The notes beneath the pieces were generated by a model. That model did no database searches. It was not told the DNA's origin and saw only the letters and a list, made by a program, of their open reading frames with translations. 54,391 bases of DNA from Octopus bimaculoides (lineage: Eukaryota). The position numbers were made by a program, and so were the translations under genes. Below, in pieces: positions 1 to 11,500 of this stretch (within the stretch, counting starts at the first letter, position 1; each line of letters starts with the position of its first letter). The stretch spans positions 38,814,393-38,868,783 of the forward strand of contig NC_068984.1 of the NCBI RefSeq assembly GCF_001194135.2. Reading direction: 5' to 3'.

Positions 1-50
<50 letters not shown>

Positions 51-471
51 ATGTGTGTGTGCGTGTGTGTATGTGTTTGTGTGCACCCTTGTCTAGACAT
101 TACATGGTGATTGTAAATGAGTGCCATCATAATACAAGCAAAGTTGCTCATTTCCAATCTTTCATGAAAAACATGTCTGGCCATGAGGAAATATCTTGCT
201 TAAAAACAGGTGAGAAAAGGTATTCAGCTGTAAAAATATCTGTGCCAACAAATTCCATCTCATCCATGCAAGCATGGAAAAAGTAAGCATTAAATGAATG
301 ATGATGATGATGATGACTACACATTTCTAATAGTCCTTTTTATTTCCTATTTCAGTTGTCACTTAGAACAACCAACTTAAAACTTTCTTCCACTTTATTA
401 GTGTAAAAGAAATTTCAAACACACAAAAATGAGGAGAAAATCCTACAACACTCTCCTTTCTCTTCCTTTCA

Positions 472-832
472 TCATCATCATCATTTAACATTCATATTCA
501 ATACTGGCATGGGTTGGATGGGCTGACAGGATCTGACGAACCTGAGGGCTGCATTGATCTTCAACGTCTGCTTTAACAAGGCTTCAATGACTGGATGCGT
601 TTCCTAATGCCAATCACTTTAAAGATTGTACTGAGTGCTTTTTTCATGGCACCAGCACTAGTGAAGTCACCAATAAGTGGTTGGTGTTAGGAAGGGCATC
701 CAGCTGTAGAAACTCTGCCAGATCAGATTGGAGCCTGGTGCAGCCATCTGGTTCACCAGTTCTCAGTCAAATCGTCCAACCCATGCTAGCATGGAAAGCG
801 GACGTTAAACGATGATGATGATGATGATGATG
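472..832. mobile_element. Two inverted copies of SINE-like family C (ends ...GGACGTTAAACGATGATGATG)
   Basis: 472-670 reverse and older, 672-832 forward and young; core GGAAGGGCATCCAGCTGTAGAAA recurs at many loci in the window. Confidence 0.75.
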
Positions 833-962
833 AATCCATCAAAGGATACCATTGATCATTGAAAGGTCAAGCATCTGACTTTATTTATTACAACCAGAGT
901 GTGAGACAGTAATAATTAACAATAATAGTAAAAAGAAAACAATAAATAAAACTTTCAAATAC

Positions 963-996
963 CTTTGGCTTCTATCACTACATTTAGGTTTATCAT
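963..996 (-). CDS. TP53BP1: 53BP1 34-nt exon (DDKPKCSDRSQ)
   Basis: ttagatttttcag acceptor, AG|GTATTT donor, phase 1->2 fits the upstream exon. Confidence 0.6.
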
Positions 997-1339
997 CTGA
1001 AAAATCTAAGATGAAAACAAAAGGATTAAATTAAATTTATACTTTTAATTGTCAGCATTTTTCTAGTTTACATAAAAGGTTTCTCTTTTGTTTATCTTAA
1101 GTCATATTTTTCAAGCTTTCATAAATTGGGTAATTTCTTTTATTTGTAAATTTTTTTGTATATTTGTATATTGCTGGAGATTTGAAGTAAGTAGAATTAT
1201 ATACTTTAATTATAGCCACAGTCAGAAGTTAAACATAGTAGATTTTGAACTTAGAATGTAAAGATATGTGATTAAATATTACTAGGTAGTTTGTCTGATG
1301 CTCTACCAATTTTTCCATTCATGATAACAACAACAACAA

Positions 1340-1516
1340 CAATGATCCTTTCAACTATAGACACAAGATCTAAAATTGAGGGGTGGGAGTAGTCAATTAC
1401 ATCTATCCCAGTACTGAACTGGTAGTTATTTCATCAACCCCGAAAGGATGAACGGCAAAGTCAACTTTGGTGGAATTTGAACTCAGAATGTAAAGAGCTA
1501 GAAGAAACGTCATTAA
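1340..1516 (-). mobile_element. tRNA-derived SINE family A
   Basis: Core GGTACTTATTTTATCGACCCCGAAAGGATGAAAGGCAAAGTC and B-box-like GTTCAAATTCC on the minus strand; further copies at ~2058, 7975, 22520, 22905, 24375, 29215, 32860, 36130 (all minus) and 15090, 21655 (plus). Confidence 0.8.
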
Positions 1517-2000
1517 GGCGCAGGAGTGGCTGTGTGGTAAGTAGCTTGCTTACCAACAACATGGTTCTGGGTTCAGTCCCACTGCATGGCACCTTCTACT
1601 ATAGCCTCGGGCTGACCAAAGCCTTGAGAGTGGATTTGGTAGACGGAAACTGAAAGAAGTCCGTTGTATATATGTATATATACCTGGTGCTGCCATCCGG
1701 TTTCACCAGTCCTCAGTCAAATCGTCCAACCCATGCTAGCATGGAAAGCGGACGTTAAACGATGATGATGATGATGATGATGTATATGTGTGTGTATATG
1801 TTTGTCCTCCCCAGCATCGCTTGACAACCGATGCTGGTGTGTTTACATCCCCGTAGCTTAGCAGTTTGGCAAAAAAGACTGATAGAATAAGTACTAGGCT
1901 TACAAGGAATAAGTCCTAGGGTCGATTTGCTCGACTATAAAGGCGGTGCTCCAGCATGGCCACAGTCAAATGACTGAAACAAGTAAAAGAGTAAAAGAGT
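1517..2000 (+). mobile_element. tRNA-derived SINE family B with a nested family C fragment (1683-1781)
   Basis: A/B-box head GGCGCAGGAGTGGCTGTGTGG...GGTTCAGTCCC, internal (AT/GT)n, tail GACTGAAACAAGTAAAAGA. Confidence 0.8.
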
Positions 2001-2329
2001 AAGCATTTTATCCACCATGCTAACAATTCAATGATGATGATAATGATTTCTTATATAGGCACTAGGCCTCAAATTCTGATGAATGAACAGTTGATTATAT
2101 GAACCTCAGTACCTGACTGGTGTTTAAGAAGGATGAAATGCAAAGTTGATCTTGACAGGATTTGAACACAGAACATAAAGAGCTGACACAAATATTGCAA
2201 GGCATTTGTCTGATGCACTAAAGATTCTACCCAAAATAAGAAAAATAATAATTGCATTTGGAATAGACTACTCAAAATCTGATATAGAAAGATTATAATT
2301 ATCACAAATACAGAGAGGTAGTGAACTTA

Positions 2330-2900
2330 TCCAACTACAAAATTATTATAAAATATCCACCATAGAACAACAAAAACATCTAGTAAAGAAAAATCATGAA
2401 ATTAATACAAACAGCTACAAAACATGAACATAATTAAAAAAATTATCTGCTTTCAATAAAGCTAATAAATATAAATCAGAGGATGAAATAACACATAGTT
2501 ATGAAAGACACAGAGAAACCAAAACAGAAATTGTAAAAAGGCTAAAATATAAACTAAAAATGGAGCTACAGAATTCTGATAAAACAATGGCAAGAAAAGT
2601 CCTTACATAACCAGTACTTGAAAAGTTAAATGAGTGGGAGTAGAGAAGAAAAAGTCACAACACTGGTTGAGAAGCACAGACTTCAATGCTGAGATTAAAG
2701 GTTGTTCCTAGGAATGCATAATTAAAGCCTTCCTACCAGAAACCATGAATAGTATTAAATAAAATAGAATACAGTAAATAACTGTAGAATACACAGAGCA
2801 TAAGAAGAAAAAAATTAATTAGAATGTCTCTAGATGTCCTGTTTTAACCAATAAAAACTGCATCTATAGACACGACAAAGAAATGATATACAAATGAATA
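2330..2900 (+). mobile_element. Decayed R4/Dong-like LINE fragment
   Basis: Translates to HWLRSTDFNAEIKG...AFLPET, resembling the WLRSSGLKAETEG..QDQSLPTR motif of R4/Dong ORFs; many stops. Confidence 0.45.
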
Positions 2901-3358
2901 ATCACATTTACAAAGTTTTATGGTCATCAATCTGCTTGGTCAGAGCTGACCAGGGACTAGACAACAAGGGCTAAGAATCTGATATGTATCTTTCTTAACT
3001 GTGCAATGCTTGCAGCAAGACTTAACATTAGGATTTGGCTTTTAAGTCAATATTAGATCATTTTTGTTACCATGGCAACTGGGAACTTCTATGTCATCAA
3101 TACACTTATTAGAAATTGCAACCAAATTTCCCTCAAATCAAACCAGCTTAAAAATAGGAAGGACATATTGGACAATGTAATTCTTAATACACAAAAGTAG
3201 GGATTGTCTAAGGCTGGAATATCTTTGATCAAAGTTCTGTTTGATCAGGGCTAACTAAAAAATAATAACACTTGAAAATAGTGACAATATATAGGGCTAA
3301 CTTTAAGAAGCAAATCATTAGAAACAAAATGTACTTTGTTTGTACTTTTTAGATGTAC

Positions 3359-3839
3359 CTTGTTTGTACTTTTTAGATGTACCTTCTTCACATGGTTCTG
3401 GACTACATAACCTTTTTGATCCTCGAATTTGATTTTCAGCTTTATCTGGTGTTTTCAGATCTTCTTCATGTGCAGATGTTCTCAGAGGACTTCTGTTTGA
3501 AGAAGTTTCAGGTAAATTTAAATTCTTATTACTGGTATATATTTCTTGACAATCTCCAGCTGTTCCTGAAGGTTGAGTCACTGGAAGGCTTTTCATGTGA
3601 TGTGCAGCTATTTCTTGGTCAGAAACACTGAGATTTTCATTTGATGAAAAAAGTGAGTCAGAATGAAAAACAGTCATTGCCTTTGTCTTCAGTGGTTCTT
3701 CATTTGATGAATATCTTGATAAAGTGGCAGTCTCAGTTACAGAAGTATTACATTTATCAGGAGTTGCAGTAATTCCATGCATCCCTAATTGGCCCCAGCT
3801 TTGTTGCTGCAGGTCATCTCCAAGACTGCAATAGGCCTT
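3359..3839 (-). CDS. TP53BP1: 53BP1 exon (…LGDDLQQQSW…KRLCSPEPCEEGTSKKYKQ); both boundaries ambiguous
   Basis: ORF 3318..3866; acceptor candidates 3839/3836, donor candidates 3383/3359/3335, all ending phase 1. Confidence 0.72.
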
Positions 3840-5110
3840 CTCACCAAAATTAAGAAAGAAAAACATTTTTTAAATCATTTGTCGTGTTTTCATGTAATAT
3901 TTCAGATTTTTTTAAAATGTAGAAATGTTCCAAAATATAACAAAAATTAACACTTAAAAGTCTAGTTTATATAGACTTTTAACAAAAGAACATATATCAA
4001 CATATTTACTGGCTGGAAATATCTATTTCTCATAATAGGTATGCAAATAACAGGTAAAATGACAATATTGCTTGATTTAATTGTCTACAATACTTATTGA
4101 CACTTATTCATCTCCTCAGTTTTACATATTTTCTCATTATTGTTTGTTACTGTCTTTGCTTTTCTACAACTATAAAGTATTCTATTTTGATTTCAATACC
4201 AAACAGAATGTCTTTTGTGAGAAGAGAAACTCATTTTTATCAAGACAAAATCCTATAAATGTTTGTAACATACTATAATTATTACTGCAGTTCACATTCA
4301 ATGGGCAAAGACATGATATTCGGTTGTAATCAGCCTACAGTAATACATCAAGTGTACACTAAGTAGCTGATATTGCTAAAACCAGCCCTTAACAATGAAC
4401 ATAAATAATTGAAGTCATGTTTCTAATCTCAGATACAAGTTCTAAATTTTATAACAAGAGCCTCAAACATATACAAGGAAAGACTATATAAATGTTCAAT
4501 CAAGCTTTGAATTCCTCATTGATTTACTACACTGTGTGATAATATTTTTATCCTTGGGTAGTAACTGTTATTTCCTATTTGCTTACCCCAAGAAAGTATG
4601 AAAAATGCCTAATATTTCTTTCAAACTTTGCTTTGTTATACTTATTCAAAACCCTAAAGAATCCCTCTCAACACATGGCTATGATGCACCCATAACTACT
4701 CCTGCTCATGAGCAGAGATGCACATATTGTCAGCCACTAAGGGACATGCTCAACTGGTTATGGTCAAGCAACTGACAGGCAAATCTGTGGTATTGAGCAT
4801 AATATTTGCTATAATGATATTTCTGCTTCAGCAACTCAGTGCTGAAATGTAATGGAAAATAGGTCAGTTTCAAAACTTTCATGTCATAAAGCAAAGTTTG
4901 AAGGGAAGAGTAGTCTTTTCCTTTGATTTCTAAATAGAAGCAAAATGGAAATGACCAAAGACAAAAAAAAATTTTGTTACACAAATATACTAAATTTAAA
5001 GGCAATTTATAATTCATTTGTTTCAATCCAAAAAATTTAATTTAATTAAATGTTCACTTTATAAAAAGGCAATATACAATTTTGGAATGAACCTGTTAAC
5101 TACATCAACA

Positions 5111-5297
5111 GGTGCAGGAGTGGCCGTATGGTAAGTATCTTGCTTACCAACCACATGGTTCTGGCTTCAGTCCCACTGCATGGCACCTTGGGCAAGTGTC
5201 TTCTACTATAGCCTTGGGCCAACCAAAGCCTTGTGAGTGGATTTGGTAGACAGAAACTGAAAGAAGCCTGTCGTATATATGTATATATATATATATC

Positions 5298-5330
<33 letters not shown>

Positions 5331-6041
5331 TTGTCCCCCCAACATCGCTTGACAACCAATGCTGGTGTGTTTACATCCCCGTAACTTAGCAGTTCAGCAA
5401 AAGAGACCGATAGAATAAGTACTAGGCTTACAAAGAATAAGTCCTGGGGGCGATTTGCTCAACTAAAGGTGGTGCTCCAGCATGGCTGCAGTCAAATGAC
5501 TGAAACAAGTAAAAGAGTAAAAGTGTATCTCATTATCCACTGCCAGCAAGTAAATATATAAAAAAAATATTTTTAGAAAGCTTTGAACTAAATTGACATG
5601 ATAGTGCGATTAATAATAAAGACAGAACAGTATATCAATGGAACAGGTGTGGTAGTGTGGTAAGAAGCTTTTTTCGCAATCACATGGTTCCAGGTTCCCA
5701 CTGCGTGTCACCTTGGACAAGTGTCTTCTACAGCCTTGGGCCAACCAAAGCCTTGTAATTGGATTTGGTAGACGGAAACTGAAAAGAAACTCATCATGTA
5801 TGTGTGTATGTAACTTCGTGTGTTTGTGTCTTTGTTTGTCCTCCACCAGTGCTTGACAACCAGTGTTGATATGTTTACATTCTTGTAACTTAGCAGGTCA
5901 GCAAAAGAGACCAATAAAATAAGCACCAGGCTTAGCAAAAAAATTAAGCACTGGAGTCAATTCATTCAACTAAAAATTTTTGAAGGTGATGCCCGAGCAC
6001 AGCCACAGTTTAATGACTGAAACAAGTAAAAGATAAAAGAT
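5111..6041 (+). mobile_element. Two adjacent family B SINEs (5111-5522, 5646-6041)
   Basis: Same head, core and tail as 1517-2000; further plus copies at 24775-25155, 27690-27860 (3' part), 38470-38890, 45320-45440 (part). Confidence 0.8.
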
Positions 6042-6422
6042 AACAATTAGAACAAGGCAACACCAATGTCCTCTCAACAACTAGCTGGAGATGATTTTTA
6101 AAATGAGAATATCTGAAATAAACTCAACTACTCTCACAAATGAGAATACTGAAAATGAACCTGATTGCTCTCAAAAATTAAGTAAAAAAACTGGAAAAAT
6201 AATCCAGAATCCTTGTCTGGTACCAGATTGATCCCAAAATCTAATCAGTTTGTGCCAGTCACAAGGCCAAACATCCCTGAAAGTTTCATCTGAATCCATC
6301 CAGTGGATCTTGAGATATCTTGTCCATGGACAAACAAACAAACATGACTGAAAACAATACCTCTGCCTTTGCTGAGACAGAGATAATAAGAAAGTAATGA
6401 GAATTAACATTATAATACTTAC

Positions 6423-6809
6423 AGAATGTTCCTGTTTGTCTTCTAATGTAATTGGTGACAGCATCTTTAACATATCTTCATCAGAAGTGTGACTTTGACA
6501 AGGCTTATTTGAAACAGACTGTCTCTTTTTTAAAATACTAACTTGGCCTTCCTTGTGCTGCTTCTCAGATTGATTCACAGATGGAGTAGATGGTAAGTCA
6601 ATAGAAGAGGATTTTACTGTGAGACTGTTAAAGCTACTACTGTTGTTACTGCTGCCTTTACTGTCAGAATGAGACAATGAGCTAACATCAGCATACTCCC
6701 CAGATGTCAATGAAGTTGGACTACAAAATGATGATGTCCCTTTTGATGAATTTAAATACTTGAATTCTTCATTACGAGTACTTTTAATAACAACTGGATC
6801 ATTTTTCTC
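6423..6809 (-). CDS. TP53BP1: 53BP1 exon (EKNDPVVI...SGEYADVSSLS...EDKQEHS)
   Basis: ctaattctag acceptor, GTAAGT donor, 129 codons, phase 0->0; EKNDPVV resembles EETEEPIV and SGEYADVSS resembles SGDLGDISS. Confidence 0.85.
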
Positions 6810-7798
6810 CTAGAATTAGTAAAGTAAAATTCAAAGTAAAACTGAATAAGAGATAAAGAAAATAATGATGTCATGTAAATTTTCTTAGCCTAATTTAATA
6901 TTAATATTTTTTTACAAAAACATATTTATTCTTTAGTTAAATAGAGAGGAAATTTTTCTGTAGTTAAACAGAGAAAGATAAAGACTTGCAGATTTCCTTA
7001 ATTACTGATGCTATAAAAAAGGCTCTCTTCCTTCTCTCTTAGGCATAATTCAATTTATGTTCTAACAAACTAATAATAATTTTATTTTATTAGTTAGTCA
7101 AGGTTTGGTTTTGTCTTACAAAAGAGCCAACTCAACTAAAAACAAAACATTATGGCGACAAGTTTTCAGCAGATTATGGTTTCATCTGATACTGAAATAA
7201 AATATGTTCACTAAAACTAACACCAGAACTACTAAAGAAAAATTATAGAGCTATATATAATATAAAAAATATTAAATGATGAGTCACTTTTCCATTTTTT
7301 TTTTGTCCATTAATAAAGTAAGTTTCAATATTAAAGAGATCTGGCAATGAAACTACGGATCCAGGTCAAAAATATAACCAGTTCATCTCAGTTTCTAGAT
7401 GGTAACAATATTTACAGAAATTATTGTTTGCAGCTGAGAGAAATGCTAATATGTATTTCTTCTTCAAAATATCGGGTTAAGAAATGGCTCTTTAATCATC
7501 AATTGTTTATCTGCTATTTTCTGTGTGAATACTTGACCTTTTAATTTCATCTACCTTGAGTTTTTCATATACACTCCCTACCACATATCCAAAATATCCA
7601 TTCATTCTAAAATTATTTGATACAGAAGAAAGCAATGTCATATATAAAGAAACTGTTCCCCCATTTATTGAACATCTTTTATATTGCTAGTAAACAAATA
7701 CCTAACAAAAATAGCATTATGTGATAAAAATTTGTGAATATGGAAGTTTTAATATTGTTTTTCCCTCACAAAGTATTAACTTATTGATAATTACTTAC

Positions 7799-7918
7799 CA
7801 CAACAACTCGACGATCAATAACTTGAGAATTTCTCAACATTTCTACTGTGGTTTTACGGTACACAATCTGTACAGTAGTTTCTTCCGTAATTTTTCTTTG
7901 AAAAACCTTTTTAAGATT
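7799..7918 (-). CDS. TP53BP1: 53BP1 oligomerisation-domain exon (NLKKVFQRKITEETTVQIVYRKTTVEMLRNSQVIDRRVVV)
   Basis: ctgcag acceptor, GTG|GTAAGT donor; pattern matches human VLHRHMRTIREVRTLVTRVITDVYYVDGTEVERKV. Confidence 0.85.
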
Positions 7919-8199
7919 CTGCAGATTAAAGACATGATAAAATAATATCACGGCAAATGAAATATTAATTTTAAATTTTGGCACAAGGCTAGCAAGTTCA
8001 GGGCAAGGGATATGTCAATTACATCAACTTGTGCACCCAACTGGTACTTATTTTATCGACCTTGAAAGGATGAAAGGCAAAACCAACCTCAGCAGAATTT
8101 AAACTCAGAACGCAAAGATGAACAAAATGCCAATAAACATATTGCCCAGTATGCTAATGATTCTGCCAGCTCACTGCTTTTCAAATAACAAAATATTAA

Positions 8200-9130
8200 C
8201 AGTCAATAACAAGAGTGGAGTGAGAGAAGTTTGGGAGGAGTTTTATTGCAGGTGTGTAGCATGAAGCTGAAGGCAAATATGATGGCTTTTACAGACTGAT
8301 TATTACCTACGGAAAGTGGTGAGAAGGAAGGTTTTTGCAGGAGATTAGCAAAGAGCTAGTAGAAGTCTGACCATTTTCATGGACTGAATTGACCAGAGAA
8401 CTCAAGGAATGTAAGAATACTGTACAATAAGAAAAAATGAGATGTACAGCTCCAATTAGGCTGTGCTCAGATGATCTAATAGGTGCTGAGACAGTGATGG
8501 ATGTACAAAGGTTGACTTTGGATGTGAAAAGGTCGAGGATATTTGAAGTCAGAGATATAGTTGGATGAGGAACCTAACTGGCACAGCTTGCTCAGAATGG
8601 CAAACTACTCAGCCTTTGTTAGAGTAGTATTAATGTGAAGGGTGGGAGAGCTAAGAAGAGTTGTGAGCCGAAGTGACTACAGATGATAATTTTAGAGAAA
8701 GGTAAGCTGAGATAAATATCCAGAACGCAATATGAGGCATAGTATTACAGTTTGGAAAAAATCTGGAAAGTAGCAGAGACAGCAGAAGAATTTAGAGAAA
8801 CAAAAAAAATGGACTAAATAAGAATAACTGGAAGATTTTTGCTCCTGATATCCAGATAGCAGAGATGTGTGGTTGGGAGGCTAGATTCTATATATACATA
8901 TGTAGCCATCGACTTAGAAAATGAAGTTAGAATATACAATAGACTGGACAACAGATTTAGGTTAGATAAATGACTTGTGTCAAGATAGGAGTAAGATATG
9001 TAGTTTGTATATTAGAAGGAAATAATTGATGGGACTAAACTGAAGTCCATGAATGCTTGTGTAATGAAGATAAAATTGTCCAGCAGACATATATGATTCT
9101 TGGTATTTACTTTCTTTAGAATTTAGTTTT
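8200..9130 (-). mobile_element. Decayed CR1/L2-like LINE (endonuclease region)
   Basis: Minus-strand ILDLFTS motif (LDL of APE endonucleases), pyrimidine-rich sense strand, multiple frameshifts. Confidence 0.45.
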
Positions 9131-9359
9131 GAATTGTTTTGGTGAAGTAAGAACTTTGACGCTAATATCCATATATATTAAAATATATATTTAATATATA
9201 TGGATATTAGCGTCAAAGCTCTTATTTAAATTTTGATATATAACCAAGGAGATCAATTCACAAGGAGTTTATTATAAACCTTTGCAGACGGATTTTTGCT
9301 ATTTTGGTAACGACTGCATGTTTTATCTTACCAATACATTTGGTAGATATCATTATATG

Positions 9360-9405
<46 letters not shown>

Positions 9406-9976
9406 GTTCAACTGAAATTCAAGCCAAGGTTGGTTCTCACAAAATCTTGTGTTTAATGCAGCACCTGTCACAAACTAGGGAAGACACAGAATTCTGTCCC
9501 AGTTCATAGGACAGCTTCCAGAAGCATTAACCATGAGTTTGGACCTTTTACATATCTGATAGCAGGCTACTTCTAGCAAACATTTTTCACTAATATCCTT
9601 TCACAAACAAAAAGTGCAGCTGAAAATAGTGTCGAAGAGACTGTTTTATCCTGAAATCAGCCACTTATTTTGTATGCTTGCAACAGAGTGAACTCAGTTA
9701 ACATGCACCCAAGTCTGGTGGTGGTGCTTAACCTAAGATAAGGAGGTGACATACGCAACTGAACTGACACTGAATAATCAGTTAAGGAGCACTGTTAGGT
9801 ACCTAACCAAGGATTGCTGTTCTACTTACATCCATCCACAAACTTGAAAATAAATAGCAATCCCTACTCTTTGTGATTTGCATATAAAAGACTACTCAGT
9901 AATAATATATTTTTTCCAACAATTAACCAAATATTGCATGCAAAAGAATTAAAATGAAATAATATAATTTACATAC

Positions 9977-10294
9977 GGTATAAAGTGAACATTGCTGCTG
10001 TTGCTGTTCCCTGGTTTGTGAGCCACTATCACTAGAACTGGGTGTTTTATCACCTTTGTTATGGATTTTAGAAGATAAAATGGACTCAATATCTTTATGC
10101 GATGGAACTTTTAAGAATGCTGGATTGCTGAGCAGAGTAATAGGATTACGAGCCCTTTTACGTATAGCTTCAAACCGTACTCTATAGACAGGACTTTGAC
10201 GGTCTTTGCGAATACCTCGACTACGAGAAAAAATTGAACTCTTTTTTGGCAGCAGTTTCTTGGCACTTTTCTTTTGTGTAGACCTATTGGCTAA
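9977..10294 (-). CDS. TP53BP1: 53BP1 exon, 106 codons, basic region plus LC8-like SDSGSQT
   Basis: ttctaattacag acceptor, GTATGT donor, stop-free 318 nt, phase 0->0; absent from the ORF track. Confidence 0.8.
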
Positions 10295-10764
10295 CTGTAA
10301 TTAGAATGAAATAAATCTGGTAAGTAAAATCCCCAATGAAATAAATGTGTAATAAAATATGCTAAGTGATAAAAAAAGTAATGCAAGATATGTGATCAAG
10401 AAGAACAGCAATGAATATCAACTTATATTATTGTTTAACACAGAATAAATTTATGCTATTATAAATTTTGAATCCTTTTCTCTGCATATATTCTATAAAA
10501 AGTTAAGCTGTTTTGAAAACATTTTTTTCATCTCTTTTGCAGTATCAGTTTCTATCATTAATGTACAATGAACAAATTACATGCTAACCTCCAATTTTTA
10601 TCTTCTAAAGTGTTTTATGTTAGATAGATAATGTTGTTCTGCAGCCAGGGAATAACAAACAAGCCTTGAAAGTTCCAAATTCACTTGCTTGTGTCTGATG
10701 TAACACAAGAAAACAGTGTACTCCAAACATAGTCACTATTAACACACGTTTGGCTACATGCATT

Positions 10765-10812
<48 letters not shown>

Positions 10813-11092
10813 ACAATACAAATAAAAAGATGATATTGTTTCGAACACAAAGTTGCCGTTAGAACAGCAGAAATACTGGGTAAATTACCCTTACAAAGCA
10901 GAAAAATTTGTCAACAACTAGTCATAGTTGTTGACACACACACACGTATATACATACATACATGCATATGTATAGATGTATATGTATGTGACACTTGCCC
11001 AAGGTGCCATGCAGTGGAACAGAACCCAGAATCATTTAATTGGGAAGCAAACTTGTTATCACACAGCCACAGCTGCGCCTATAAAAAAGATG

Positions 11093-11187
11093 TTTCCTTG
11101 ATGAGGATTGAACTCATGACCTTCAGTTACTTCTGTTTTTATGTTTGATTATGAGACTGACACGCTGCCTACTGCTTTTTCAAATGT
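11093..11187 (-). pseudogene. tRNA-Met(CAT)-like pseudogene with a 21-nt intron at position 37/38
   Basis: GCAGTAGGCAGCGTGTCAGT-CTCATA|intron|A-ACTGAAGGTC-ATGAG-TTCAATC-CTCAT: intact anticodon and T arms, decayed acceptor and D stems, T6 terminator at 11083-11088. Confidence 0.65.
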
Positions 11188-11500
11188 TGTATGCAATATG
11201 TGGTGGATCAAAGCTTCTTGCATCTTTCACAATTGATGGCATTCACCAACAGACATATTTGTAAGAAAGACTTTCAAGCTCTTTGAGGACTGAGAAAAGT
11301 AGCTATTAATTAACACTAGCTATGAGAAAATGATGGCATTTGGACCTCAACATTATTATCATTACCAACACTGCATTCAGATTATTACTAAGTCTACAGT
11401 CACTAATAGAAAGTAAGATTAAATAAAGCAACCAACTAGAAGCATTTAAATTGTCATGAACTAAGAAGATATATTGGAATTATTTTTTTATTACATGTAC

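Noticed and set aside
5-286. 93-aa ORF (CVCV...)
   Set aside because: (GT)n microsatellite plus SINE tail
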